This document shows positions 26,272-39,172 of a DNA stretch of 64,000 bases, one piece after another. The notes under the pieces were generated by a model that was not told the origin of the DNA, ran no database searches, and saw only the letters and a program-made list of their open reading frames with translations. Numbering within the stretch: the stretch's first letter is position 1; the number at the start of each line of letters is the position of its first letter. The stretch lies in NCBI GenBank assembly GCA_951406725.2, contig OX597818.1, forward strand, positions 38,068,001-38,132,000. The letters are read 5' to 3'. The stretch comes from Octopus vulgaris. Taxonomy: Eukaryota. Position numbers and translations under genes: made by a program.

Positions 26272-28009
26272 CCAGCAACAATGAAAAGAATCAAAGTCAA
26301 TGAGTGTGTCTCTGCATGGTTGTTCAAACAGCTAGAAATAGTAACTAAATTTCTCTCTTTAAAAAAGGGATGGATACATTGATAATTTAGTCTGAGATTT
26401 TTTTTTTTAATGTATGAAAAGATAAAATGAATATGTGTCCAGAATGCCCTTTATAATAGGCCTGCTTCAGCAGGGCTGAGTTAAATCAAAACAATAATAA
26501 TAACAACTAGTACTACAACAGTTGGTTCACAATTGGATGTATGTTTAGTCTATGTTTGTTTATGTATATTTTAAAGTTGTTTGAGTAAATGTGTTCTGAG
26601 TTTGTTTATGCTTTCATTCACTTATTAGTATAGTATTTATATTCTATCTACAACCTTAGCCACCATGTGCTCTCAAATATTACTCACTCACACACACACA
26701 TATATATATATACTTGATTTTTAAGGAATTTTTTTCTAAAAAATTTTAAATGAAAACAATGACTTTCTACACTTTTTCGTTTTCATTTTTACTGTAATTT
26801 CCTTATATTTGAAAGAGAAATAAATACAGAAAAAATATATATATAATTGACAACTGATGTCTTATATCCTGAAGAATATAGGTTACAGTCTAAAGAAGCA
26901 GCCAAACAAATTGAATAGAAAACATTATTTTTACAAAGAAAAAAATTGAATAATTTGAAAGTCAACAAAATTTTTTAAAGTTGACAATTGTAGTTAACCA
27001 GAACAAACTATGGCAGCTATTACTAACAATAACAGTGATAACACTGTAAAAAATATATTTGACAATGGTAGAATATACTCAGGAAAGTGCATACTATCAT
27101 TCTATTAAAAGAACCAGAACAGCAGATGGTGTCCACAATTTTCATTAGTTAGCAATATTTTTAGCAACAAAATTAAACAAAAACAGCAACGAATGAATGA
27201 AAAGGAAAAGAAAAGAAAAAAAGAAATATTTAAATTTTGCAAAGGGTGTGTCTGTGATACCTCATGTTTAACTCTATATTATTTGGTCATTTGTTATGCT
27301 TAAGTTTCTTAGAGAGGAGGGGTAGAGTGAATGAGAGGTGGAGTGCGAGTGAATGAGAGGTGGAGTGAAAGTGAGAGAGTGAAATGTGTGAGAGAGAGAG
27401 AGAGATCTAGCTGCTATTTTGTGTGTGCATGTATGTATTTCTTGATTAGATAATTTTAGTTTAAAATATCTAGAAGTTTATTTTTTTATCTATTAATGTC
27501 CTAACTAAATCTGATATGAGTGTGTCTCATAAGTTTGAAAGTTTGACTATCTTGTGACACTGCTAACCAATCATTCGGCAACAAGCATCTCAAACTAAAT
27601 CGTTTTTACTTGGAGATCTAAACTGCAATGACTGAATTAACCTTAATTAATTGCACAGACAGTAAGAATTGCATAGAGGACTGAATACCCAAAACACATA
27701 ATCAAATTTTAATCACATTACAAGTTAGACTATATTTGACATAACAAACTGAAGATGGAATACAGTTTCACAAAATATAAAGGAGAGTTTGTTTCATAGC
27801 AAAGTTATACTGTGTTCAAAATGTTTCATAGAGCAAAATATCGGCTCTTGATCACTCAACCTGCTTAAAATAGCAGCTAGATCTCTCTCAAACCACACCC
27901 TACCATCTTAACCCTTTCATTACAGTATTTATTTTGAGATGATGCTCTATGTTTCTTACAATTGAGATGATGCTCTGTGTTTCTTACAATCCTCAACTCA
28001 CTTACAGAA

Positions 28010-28170
28010 AACAACTTCCAAGCCAGATTGCAAAAGTGGCAGGAACACTGAGACCAGTTTACTGATTTGCAAGGGGACTATTTTGAAGGAGATGCTGTTA
28101 AAACTTAAGTGAATGAGTTATTTTTCTTTTATTAAATATAACTAGTCCTAGAACTTTTGATATCACCTTG
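28010..28170 (+). mobile_element. Mariner 3' end (transposase C-terminus plus right TIR)
   Basis: LQKWQEH..DLQGDYFEGD, then gaacttttgatatcaccttg+TA. Confidence 0.7.
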
Positions 28171-28519
28171 TATATTTATAAATTATCCTTCGGAGAAGAA
28201 GTATCTTCTTAATTTAGTTTCTTATAAAGGTTTTCTTGCTTCACAAATTAAATAGGAACCATCTTATATCTAAGTAAATACAACAATTATATAACAATGT
28301 AAAAAATCCCAATGAAAAATATAAATGAATTATTTATTCACTTTAAATATCATTTTCAAACTATTATTGAAATTAAATAAATAAAAGTAAGAAAATATAA
28401 AATTTTTTCTTGGAATCTAATTATGCATTAAAAAAGGATTGCACTCAACTTTTCAGCAAGATAATTTACAAAGAGAAAAATATTACTTATGTTTAATTTC
28501 ATGGTACATTAAAAGCTTA

Positions 28520-29620
28520 TGGCTCTAACATTAATACATTATACTGCCCAGCTTCCCATCAAACGGCTTTAGTTACACAAAGTAAATATATTATTAAACA
28601 TACCCACCACTTAAACATAAAAAGCAAGCAACTCTCACTATCAATTCAATGCTAGAACTCACTATCAGTGAATCTTTCTCCAAGCAACACATATTCTCGG
28701 CATAATAAAGATTGCACCTCAGCTAAAAAGTAGTCCACTTCACACCCAACAAACTACTAATCCTCTATAAAGTGCAGGTAGGACCTGTAATGGAGTGCAT
28801 AAAGACAGACAAAATGCTGTTATGCATTTTGCTCAGTGTGCTAATGATTCAGTCAGCTTAAAGAAAGAAAGAAAGAAAGAAAAGAAAGAAGAAGAAAAGA
28901 AGAGGAGGAGGAGGAAGAAGAAGAAGAGGTGGAGGAGGAGGAAGACAAAGAAGAAGAAGAAGAGGAGGTGGAGGAGGAGGAAGACAAAGAAGAAGAAGAA
29001 GAGGAGGAGGAAGACAAAGAAGAAGGAGGAGGAGGAGGAAGACAAAGAAGAAGAAGAAGAGGAGGAGGAGGAGACAAAGAAGAAGAAGAGGAGGAGGAGG
29101 AGGAAGACAAAGAAGAAGAAGGAGGAGGATTAGCAACAACAATAGAAGAAGAAGAGGAGGAGGAGGAGGAAGACAAAGAAGAAGAAGAGGAGGAGGAGGA
29201 GGAAGAAGAAGAGGAGGAGGAGGAAGACAAAGAAGAAGAGGAGGAGGAGGAGGAAGACAAAGACTGACATGAAGTCATTCACAAATACACACCAGCCACT
29301 GCTGCACAGACATGCTGTTTCCTTTTTCTGCTTTTACCACCACTACTACGTTGGCCTATGCTTCATGAAACTGGTTGACCACATGCCACTGAAACTCAGA
29401 CATTCTTAATTCACTTGTTTCTCCTTGTCTTGTTATACACACTGTGTCCATCCCCATGCCATCCCCAAACCACAAATTAACTAACAAAGCCAGAACTTTC
29501 TTCCCAGAATGTGGACCCTCAGATATTCTCCTCACCCCATCCACCCAGTATATGATTTCCTGCAGCTGTCTATTCACAACAGTTCAAGCACAATATTAAA
29601 GGCATCAATCTCCAGCAATC
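28520..29620 (+). mobile_element. Degenerate CR1/Crack-like LINE 3' fragment split by a polypurine expansion
   Basis: LLILYKVQVGPVME before the repeat; QPLLHRHAVSFFCFYHHYY and FPAAVYSQQFK after it. Confidence 0.6.
28861..29263 (+). repeat. (GAA)/(GAG) polypurine compound repeat with GAGGAAGACAAAGAA higher-order unit
   Basis: Seen directly; source of the E-, K/R-, S- and L-rich ORFs. Confidence 0.95.
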
Positions 29621-30806
29621 TCCTTCCTCAAAAGCAAACCAATAAAAAGGAAATAATATTCTCACATTATTTGGTCTCTGTATGTCATTTTAAGTCCAAA
29701 TTCAATTATTCATAATCAAACTCATGCAGCTTGTATTCAGTTATCAGAAAGCTGATATTCTATCTACAAAAGTATTCCTTAAAATATTGTATTTGACAAC
29801 TCAACTTGCAACTAATTTAATATTTTATATTATTTTGATTAATGTATCCTTGACATCAACTCTGAGAAACAAACCTTTTTAAATTCAAGAATTAATAATA
29901 AAGCGAGTTGAGATTGCTCTTTACATGATATGAATAAATATATTCAGTACATTTATTATGTTGATGAGAGAATCCTTGAATTAAATTTCCAAGTTAAAGA
30001 GAAAAACTGAATGTTAGTCTTGTTGGATTCTTTATGAGACCCAACTTGGTTGCAATCATAGAATAGCCCAACAAAGAAAAAAAAAAAGACTTTATGAAAA
30101 TCTGTTTCAATAGTGCTGGACTGACAATAAACAATCCAGAAAAATTATGGAAGTCACTCCACAGCATAAAGATTTCCTTTGATTCACTTAGATGAGAAAA
30201 AAATAACCACATTTTATTGCAGCAAATTAGTGAGAGAAACTATGAAAGCAAACTGCAGTTAATACATTTGTTGATTAATGGCAAATTAATCAGTGATACT
30301 GCTAAAAAATATATAAAGAAATCACCCACATAAAAGTAAAGTTTATAAATATGTATTAAGAGTTTTTATGTTGGATAATTTTACTCTAAAAACATTACTC
30401 ATAAAAAAGAAAAAAATATCAAAGAAAATTTCAAATTGATTTATTTGTCTCACCCATGTTTCAAAAGATCTTCAATGAATTTATCAAACTAGCTATTTTG
30501 ACCCATGCTTTGCTCAGGTTTTGGTGGTGGTGTTGTCTCCTTTTCCCTTTCTTCTTTAGTTCGTCTTCTTTGCCTTTCCCATATTCCTCACCATGGCAAC
30601 CAAACGGTAGCCCCGAACGACTTGCAACCCTCCTCACACCATTGCCCACCCCCACCCCCGCCAGTGTAAATTTTGGTGCCAATCTTACCCCATCTATCAC
30701 CCCGTAAACTGTTCCCATCCCAAAATGAGACAAATAACCAAGAAATCAAACAACTTTTCGCATTTCAGCTTTATAGATATTGATTTGATAAAGCTAATTG
30801 ACATAC

Positions 30807-30959
30807 CTGGTAAGGTCGCCGTTCCAGATCAACAAAGTCTGATGTATCCACTTCAGGAAATTGTTGGTAAAACATAAGATTCTGCACTGTTGTATCTTGT
30901 TTAGCATCAGCCATGAGGTAAGTGTATGCTGCAGCTACGGCTTCTTTTACATTGTCCCT
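30807..30959 (-). CDS. Internal coding exon of a leprecan-family gene (prolyl 3-hydroxylase P3H1/2/3 or CRTAP-like), N-terminal TPR-like helical region
   Basis: Minus strand reads ttttctattatttttccag|AGGGAC...CCTTACCAG|gtatgt; 153 nt, phase 0-0, no stops. Translates RDNVKEAVAAAYTYLMADAKQDTTVQNLMFYQQFPEVDTSDFVDLERRPYQ, matching the recalled P3H/CRTAP pattern (A-V/I-AAAHTF...QNL.YY....DF.DLE..PY/H) of the second exon in vertebrate P3H1/P3H2/CRTAP. Not in the supplied ORF track. Paralogue cannot be assigned from one exon. Confidence 0.88.
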
Positions 30960-31103
30960 CTGGAAAAATAATAGAAAATATTATAGAAATAAAGATAACA
31001 ATAAAACATCAACAGCACCAAGTAGTAGTAGTAGTAGTAATAGTGGTGGTACCACCACCCGATTTCCTTTCTTGGTTACACCCTTTTTTCTTTGTTTTAA
31101 TCT

Positions 31104-31740
31104 AGTAAATTAATTTGGGAACTAAAAGACCACAATAAACAATTTAATTTAGAATGGTTGATTCTCTCAATCTCAATACCTTATGACAAAGGCAAGGAAT
31201 TCTGTCTTCTCTGTAATTCTGAACTATTTTTCATTATTTTTTCTAAAAATCCCCTAGTAAACACAATTATAGAGCATGCATACCAATGTAAACATTGGCA
31301 AAAACACACCTTTAGTTCATATAAGTAATCTCTATCATTATATATAATTTAAACATTAATTTTCTTTTTATATTTCACATTCACTAAAAATATATATTTT
31401 CCTAGTATATAAGGTTTTATCTAATGTACATATAGTCATATACTTCTCATTTATTTATCTTTTCTTTAATTTATCCCTCCTCTTTCTATAGGCTACTTCT
31501 GATATTATATCATATAACATTTTTCAAACAATATTAATAGCGTTCAGTTAATCACTATACATATCCATCATTTTCTGTTAAAATGTCTTATTGACGAGTT
31601 TCATTTCTTCATTTCCCTGAAGAGAAGATTACATTGTTTTACACCATTTTATTCCTTTGGAATAATATCAGTGTTATCTTCGAAACATGTGTCGGAAGTA
31701 AAAGTATTTGAATTAGACCTGCGTTAAACTCCATTTATTC
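31104..31740 (+). mobile_element. 5'-truncated Penelope-like retroelement (GIY-YIG endonuclease C-terminus plus 3' region with ribozyme)
   Basis: Open frame 31104-31328: SKLIWELKDHNKQFNLEWLILSISIPYDKGKEFCLLCNSELFFIIFSKNPLVNTIIEHAYQCKHWQKHTFSSYK*. Fits the PLE endonuclease tail motif SK.IWELK...W.I....PY......C.LC..E...I....N...E....C.H..K. Followed by an AT-rich UTR, a hammerhead core and a (TA)n boundary. Confidence 0.8.
31611..31699 (+). ncRNA. Type-I hammerhead ribozyme (Penelope-associated, minimal stem III)
   Basis: Stem I atttcc (31611-16) pairs with ggaagt (31694-99); core CTGAAGA (31617-23); stem II GAAGATTACATTG/CAGTGTTATCTTC; GAAA (31682-85); stem III AC-atgt-GT; cleavage triplet GTC (31691-93). 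All core positions intact. Confidence 0.8.
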
Positions 31741-31899
31741 ATATATATATATACATATATCATCCTCATCATCGCTTAACGTCCGCCTTCCATGCTGGCA
31801 TATGAAAGGCTGCTTACAGTTTCCATCTATGATATCTACTCACAAGGCTGTGGTTGGTCTGGTGTTATGGCAGAAGACATCTGTTTAAAGTGCCACACA

Positions 31900-31937
<38 letters not shown>

Positions 31938-34900
31938 TTTTCATCTTTTGAATATTTTCTGTTTTTGTTTCTCTCTCTCTATATATATATTTACATGCAT
32001 ATAGGTATGTATATTTCCTATATCAAACCCAAGTGTGTTTATTTGTTTATTTGCATCATTATCTTTATATATATATAAAGTTATTTTATGGTGTGTCTCA
32101 AAGTGAGTACAGTTATGGATAATATCATTTAGTATATCAGGTTAAAACACCTTGAATAGCAAAATAGCCCAATAGCTGCCAATATGACATGAATGAAGCA
32201 TCTTCTGTAGCCATGAAAGACATAACAACAATCAACTGCTCCAAAGTAACCTTTGATCTCTCTCCCATCAAAAAACATATCTGTCTACATTGAGAATATC
32301 TATGTAGATAAATCGAGAAACATGTAGATAATTTGTTTAGTGGTTGTAACTCAAAGTGCATACAACTATAAATAATAGCCTGTAATAAATGAGTAAAAAA
32401 AACCCTTGGGATGGGGAGCTAAAATTTGTTTGCTTTTGGCAAGGAGAAAGAAAGACAGGGTGAGATTTGAACCTTTGAACTTCAGAGTTTTTTAGACTTA
32501 TAGATTGGTAGTCTATAACTTTATCCGCTCAACTTTCATCGGGCAATCATTGGTAAGGCCTCAAGCAACTGAACAAAGAAAAATCAGCTTTTTTCACAGA
32601 CAAAATATCATTAACTGAATTTATTTATTTCAATTCTTATAACTATAAAATGTTACAGCTATAAAATACCACTAAACTAATCCTGAAACACAGTTTCACA
32701 TATCATTCCATCATCCGTCATCATTCATCACCATCCACATTTTCACCATCATTGTAATTTCCGGCTGTTTCTTCTTGTGATAAAAGTAGGCTAGCAGCAC
32801 ATCTATTATATGGAGTTACAAATTTCTAAACAAGGTTTTTTTTTTCTTTGTTTGTTGGGGTTTTTTTTTTTTGTAATATAATATGGTAAAGTGACCAAAA
32901 GCCAAATTTGTAACCCAGGTTTGTTTCCCAGTTGTAACTATTTTGTTAACTTCACTAATACTCTGGTCACAACATCCATTTTCACACCTTTGAAGTCAAC
33001 AGGATTTATCTATTTTGGATGCCTCTTATACTGCGTGGTACCTTGGGCAAGTGTCTTCAACTATAGCATCAGGCCAACCAAAGGCCTGTGAGTGGATTTA
33101 CTTGCTCGTAAGTTTTGAAAAGACTCTTTTTTTTTCTTTTTGTTTTTTTGGGGTTTTTTTGGTTTGTTTTTTTCACCAAAAGGTACATTGAAATAGAGAA
33201 ATGAAAGAAGGAAAGAGAAACAAAGGAAAGAAATATAGACCGACTTTGATTGACTAAATCAAAGTGACAAACTGACAACACAAGAGATTTAAAAATTTGG
33301 AAAGAACATCAAATAAATTTAAACACGTATATGCAGGTAAAACCAGATTTACAAGTAAAACCAGATTTGCAAGAAATGGCCTATGTGGTCGCTTGACTTG
33401 CTAGAAATAGCAACCAATTCCTCCAGAATCCCACCTCACCATCTAATATGAAGAAAGGATATATTATATTATGTAGCCCTACATACTCCTCAAAAAGACA
33501 CAATGGGTATGGTTGGAACGCCTTCTATCAAAGGAGTTAACCTGGGTCTCAACAACAAACAATACATGAAAATGGAGCTTATTGTTATTTTTGATTAATT
33601 TTAAATTGGTTTTAATTAAGTAGACCTATAATCAGAGACAAGCCAGTGATGGCCATTCCTCTTGTGTGTGTGTGTGTGTGTGTAAAGTGTCCATCCATTT
33701 TTAAAATGGTAGTGTGGTTTGAGGAAGATTTTGTTGCTACAACCCCTATGGAGCTTCTAGATGGCTGCTCACCCTGCTAGAAAAAGCAGCAAACTCTTCC
33801 AACTAACACTACCGTGCTGAATATATAAAAAAAAGAGAACATATCGGATAAAATAATTCTAGATATCAAAAATATAAAACTGGAATGCTTTTGATCATTG
33901 GGCTATTATAAAGTCAAGCTAACTTGAGGCTAAACAAAAATAACTTGAAGGTCTGAAAACCATAGGACCCCAATTGCTTCCCATTGGATGATTGTTGACT
34001 AATATGTAAATGATCTGAGAAAAGATGTGTGGTTACAACTATGCCAAAATTGCTGGAACTATTTGATCAAAATCAAATTCCTTCAATTGTTAGACCTGGG
34101 CATTCTCTGTAACTTCTGTATTCTTTTTAAAGCAAGTATAGAAATAACTTGTATAGAATTTCTTCAAATATTCCATTATGTAACTGAGTTTATTATTTTT
34201 ATTCTTTGCATTTTTCTGTTTTGGGTTTTCTTTCTTCGAAAGTCAAGCTATCATCTAAGATTTTAAAAAATATATATAAACTAAAATTGGTTCATTTTGT
34301 TAATAATACTGTTTAGTAACCAGTAAGCAATACACGTGCCTTTTCATTAGTTTATTCTTAGTACCAGCCAACAAGCCAGCCAACCAACCAACCAACCACC
34401 CACCACACCATTTCCTCAACACCCACAGAGTATAAACTTTCCTCAGTATCATTTCACTTTCCTGCTTACACAATGTTCTCCACGTCAACACTGACATCAA
34501 CACCCACTGGAAGTGAAGGACAAGAACTATCTTCTCTAAACAAACTGCGATACTAAAAGGGTCTGAAGGTGCAAGAGACTAGAAAATAAGCTATTACATT
34601 CACATGCAAATGGTTTCACACAGACTGCCTGTGAAACATTCACAGGAAACTGAGACTATTATTTGGAAATAAGCACAAGAGTCAACAGTAATTTGTTTCA
34701 AACTAAGCAAAGAATATTGTTGTTCTTGTTTTCAACAAAGCCACACAACTTTATTTTCCCAAGAGCAAATAAAACTATACTTGCTCATTTTGTTTCTTTT
34801 TACTCTTATTGCTTTGACAATACTAAAGAGTGGTGATAAGCTATCAAAAAGCTGTACTTACAATACAGTTTCAAGTCCTCTATCATTCCATTTTATTTAA

Positions 34901-35356
34901 CTTATTTTCATAAAACTCTCTCTCTCTTGGAGAGACTAGACAACTCTCACAATATTCTCTTCCCTTTCTTTGGACATATGATATAAGGATTATCAAGGAC
35001 TCAATCTTCGGCAACCCAATGATGTTTTATTTCTATTTTTTTTCCTTTACACTACTTGCAGGAAATTGAACTACCAGTGATTCTGCTAATTAGTGGAACT
35101 TTTGAAACAAGACACTCAGTTAGTTGTTTTCTTTCACAAGCTCCTGTTCCAGAGAAAGACTTGATGTGAGATCTCTAAATTATTAAACATTAATTTTACA
35201 GCAGTTCTAATATACAAAGAGCTAATGTATTGTTCATTCAATAGGTCAATCCTTATCTCCAGTTTCTGAAGTTTAAATCAGATGAGAGTGACCTCTTCGT
35301 TTGGACAGAATACCAATTGCAGATAACTCCCTCATATCCCATTTTTTCTATCTTAA

Positions 35357-35577
35357 CCCTTTCATTAGTGTATTTATTTTGAGATGCTCTGTGTTTCTTT
35401 CAATTACTTTAAATATAACAAAGAATTTAGTAAAATAACTTAATTATCATTCAGCTAGTGTTAGGAACATAAATTGTGACTAAGGTTAGGTGGAAGATTT
35501 TAATTCAAAACTTATGAAAACAAGACATTTGTACTACAGTGCCAGAGGCGGTTTCAGCCAGGTTGGTAACGAAAGGG
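35357..35577. mobile_element. piggyBac-like MITE (~220 bp)
   Basis: TTAA|CCCTTTC...GAAAGGG|TTAA; opposite orientation to the copies at 39716 and 53063. Confidence 0.8.
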
Positions 35578-35799
35578 TTAAAGAAAGTATTGGATAATGT
35601 ACTCCTACATATACTATGTTTAGAAAAAAACATATAAGCTGGGTATGGCTGGAATGTTTTTGATAATAACCTAGTCCTGATTGATCAGACTTGTGATTAA
35701 TTAATCAGTTCTGATTGATCATAAATCTGATCTATCAGAATCAACCTGGTATTAAAGAACTACTATTAATAGTACTTCAATAATCTATCTATCCATTTT

Positions 35800-35975
35800 C
35801 TGCACCAACTAATCCTGGGAGAGTCACAAACAATTCCTCTACAGGATCCTATCAGAGGCGACCATCATTAAACTTTCCAGCTGAATTCCCAAGTGTAACA
35901 AGTTGAGTTTATGGATTCTATCCAACCATTTCATTCTGGGTCTACCCCTAGGTCCTCTGCCAGTTGGCTTGGAAA
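35800..35975 (-). mobile_element. Degenerate RTE ORF C-terminal fragment
   Basis: PTGRGPRGRPRMKWLDRI on the minus strand. Confidence 0.55.
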
Positions 35976-37061
35976 ATTGGCAAAAGACCACAAATTTTGA
36001 GGGAGAGCATAGACAATTATTTTGATACTAGTATCGAACTTCATATATTTTATCAACCCCGAAAGAATGAAAGGCTAAGTGCACTTTTGTGGGACTTAAA
36101 CTCACAATATAAAGAGTAACTACTAAATGTTGAGAAGTATTTTGTCTGACACTCCATTAACAACCTGTTTGTTTATATCTAAAATGAAATATCAATACTA
36201 CGATACAAACAGTCCCCTTGTAATTATCAAAGAGTTTCTAGTGCCAGACTAGTATATGAGATATAGCAACAGTAGATTTCCCCAAACAACTTGGTAATAG
36301 TAAAAGAACTACTGTAAGTAATAAGCTATGTAAGGCTTATTATTACGATGTTGGTGCAGTTTGTGCTCAGGGGAGAAAGAGTGAGAGAGAGCCCCCACCT
36401 CTTTGGCATGTTGGTATTAAACAACATTTTAAACAACATTTTATCAGTTGTAAATGAATAATCTGCCCCTTGCCAACGTGTGATTATCTACAGCTTGTAA
36501 ACTATTCTGTCTGACATGTTACTATAGTTACCAGACAAAAATGGCATACTACATACCATGTGTGTGAGTGCAAACACAGACACACATGTACAGACATAGA
36601 CATGTAGATATGTATATATATATATGTGTATATATATGTGCGTGTGTATACATATATACAAACAGTGAGGTATTTTTAAAACTTATAAACTATTTTTATA
36701 TCAAAAACAATTTTTTTTTAAATATACAAACAGAATTTTTAAATAAAATTATTCTTGAAACAAAAATAAATACAAAATATATTTGGTTTCTATGGAGATT
36801 TGCAGGGAGGTGGATAGATGGATAAGAGTACAGCTTGACTTATTAAAAGAAGAAATACAACTTCCCTTCCAATATTACAGTAGCCTCTAATTCTAAAAGC
36901 TTCCTGTCAACACATCTTAAATTTTCAGTATTCATCTCCAAACATCTGATGTCCCTTTAATACTTTTTAACTAAACAGGATGTTCTGACAGTCTTTTATA
37001 ATATGCTGGGTCATATTTTCTCAACTGTACTCAATTTATGTGTGTGTGTGTATATATATAT

Positions 37062-37467
37062 ACTCTCTTTTACTCTCTTTTACTTGTTTCAGTCATTTGA
37101 CTGCGGTCATGCTGGAGCACCGCCTTTAGTCGAGCAAATCGACCCCGGGACTTATTCTTTGTAAGCCCAGTACTTATTCTATCGGTCTCTTTTGCCGAAC
37201 CGCTAAGTGACAAGGACATAAACACACCAGCATCGGTTGTCAAGCAATGCTAGGGGGACAAACACAGACACACACACACACATATATATATATACATATA
37301 TACGACAGGCTTCTTTCAGTTTCCGTCTACCAAATCCACTCACAAGGCATTGGTCGGCCCGAGGCTATAGCAGAAGACACTTGCCCAAGATGCCACGCAG
37401 TGGGACTGAACCCAGAACCATGTCATTGATTAGCAAGCTACTTACCACACAGCCACTCCTGCGCCTA
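37062..37467 (-). mobile_element. Family-A SINE, young full-length copy
   Basis: Full head, centre and tail. Confidence 0.9.
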
Positions 37468-37761
37468 CAAATGTTAAGCATTAAGTATTGTTGATGTTTA
37501 ACTTCCTGATCAATGAAACCAATGACCAAAGATATTCTTGACTTATCTTTTATTTGTTTCAGTCAGTTGACTGCGGCCATACTGGAGCATCACCATGAAG
37601 GGTTTCAGTCGAATAAATGAACCCTGGGACATTTTTTTTAAAGCCTAGTATTCATCCCATCAGTCTCTTTTGTCAAACCACTTGGTTACGGGGGATGTAA
37701 ACACACCAACACTGGTTGTCAAGCAGTCGTGGGGGACAAATATGCACACACACACACACAC

Positions 37762-37792
<31 letters not shown>

Positions 37793-37872
37793 GATAGATA
37801 GATATATATATAAATATATACAGTGAGATAGAGAGACAGATAGACAGACAGAAAGAGAGAGAGAGAGATATT

Positions 37873-38568
37873 ATCATCATCATCGTTAAATGTCCACTTT
37901 CCATGCCGGCATGGGTTGGATGGTTTGATTGAGAACTGGCAAGCCAGGAGGCTGCACCAGTCTCCAATCTGATCTGGCAAGGTTTCTACAGCTAGATGCC
38001 CTTCCTAATGTTAACAACTCCAAGAGTGTAGTGGGTGCTTTTTACATGCCACTGGCATGGGAACCAGTCAGAAGGCAGTGGCATCGACCATGCTAAAATG
38101 GTGCTTTTGACATGCCACTGGCACATGTGCCAGTCAGGGAGCTCTGGCATCAGTCACACTCGAATGGTGCTTTTTATGTACCGCCAGCATGGGAGCCAAC
38201 CAAGCAGCACTGGCATCAACCACACTCGAATGGTGCTTTTTACATGTCACCGGCACAGGTGCCAGTCAGGTAGCACTGGCATTGGCCACGACTACAATTT
38301 CACTTGGCTCAGCAGGTCTTCTCAAGCATACCAGGTACTTTTAAATGAGTGCCTGATTAAATACCTTGTGTTTGCCAGCCTCGTTTGGCACGTAAAAAGC
38401 ACCCACTACACTCACGGAGTGGTTGGCGTTAGGAAGGGCATTCAGCCGTAGAAACATTGCCAGATCAGACTGGGCCTGGTGCAGCCTTCTGGCTTCCCAG
38501 ACCCCAGTTGAACCGTCCAACCCATGCTAGCATGGAAGGCGGACGTTAAACGATGATGATGATGATGA
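37873..38568. mobile_element. Two RTE 3' ends in inverted arrangement (minus 37873-38335; plus 38372-38568)
   Basis: (cat)n at the left end and (gat)n at the right end; four ~62-nt internal repeats at 38030-38290. Confidence 0.8.
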
Positions 38569-38954
38569 TATCTACTTATATTCTTGTAATTTGATTTTAA
38601 ATTCCACCTAAGCCAACTTCAGTGTTTTGGGGGTTTAGTTTTGGATGATGGGTAATAAAAAAAGTACGAGTTAAGTACTGGGGTTAATTCATGTAACTAC
38701 ATCCCTTCCTCAAAAATATATATGGCCTATACTAAAGTTAGGAATCAGGTGGATTGGCAGAATCATTAGAGCATCAGATAAAATGCCTTGTAGTATTTAT
38801 TCTAGTTCTTTACAATATGAGTTCAAACCCCACTAAGGTCAAGTTTTCCTTTCATGCCTCTGAAACCAATAAAATTGAGTACCAGTTACATTCTGGGGTC
38901 AATTTAATCAGCTTTCCTCCTCCCACAAAACTTCAAGCCTTAAAAAGATTCAAG

Positions 38955-39172
38955 TGAGGTCATTGCCAGTACCGCCTGACTGGCACGTAAAAAGCACCCA
39001 CTACACTCTCGGAGTGGTTGGCGTTAGGAAGAGCATCCAGCTGTAGAAACTCTGCCAGATCAAGAATGGAGTCTGGTGCGGCCATCTGGTTCACCAGCCC
39101 TCAATCAAAATCGTCCAACCCATGCTAGCATGGAAGGCAGACGTTAAACGATGATGATGATGATGATGATGA
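38955..39172 (+). mobile_element. RTE-LINE 3' end
   Basis: Canonical terminus and (GAT)n tail. Confidence 0.8.

Noticed and set aside
28795-29278. Long E-rich, K/R-rich and S-rich ORFs
   Set aside because: Translations of a GAA/GAG simple repeat inside a LINE relic; no splice or codon evidence.
38030-38290. CRISPR-like array of palindromic ~62-nt periodic repeats
   Set aside because: The intervening sequences are mutually similar, there are no cas genes, the context is eukaryotic, and the units belong to an RTE 3' UTR (contiguous with the ORF at 48270-48560).
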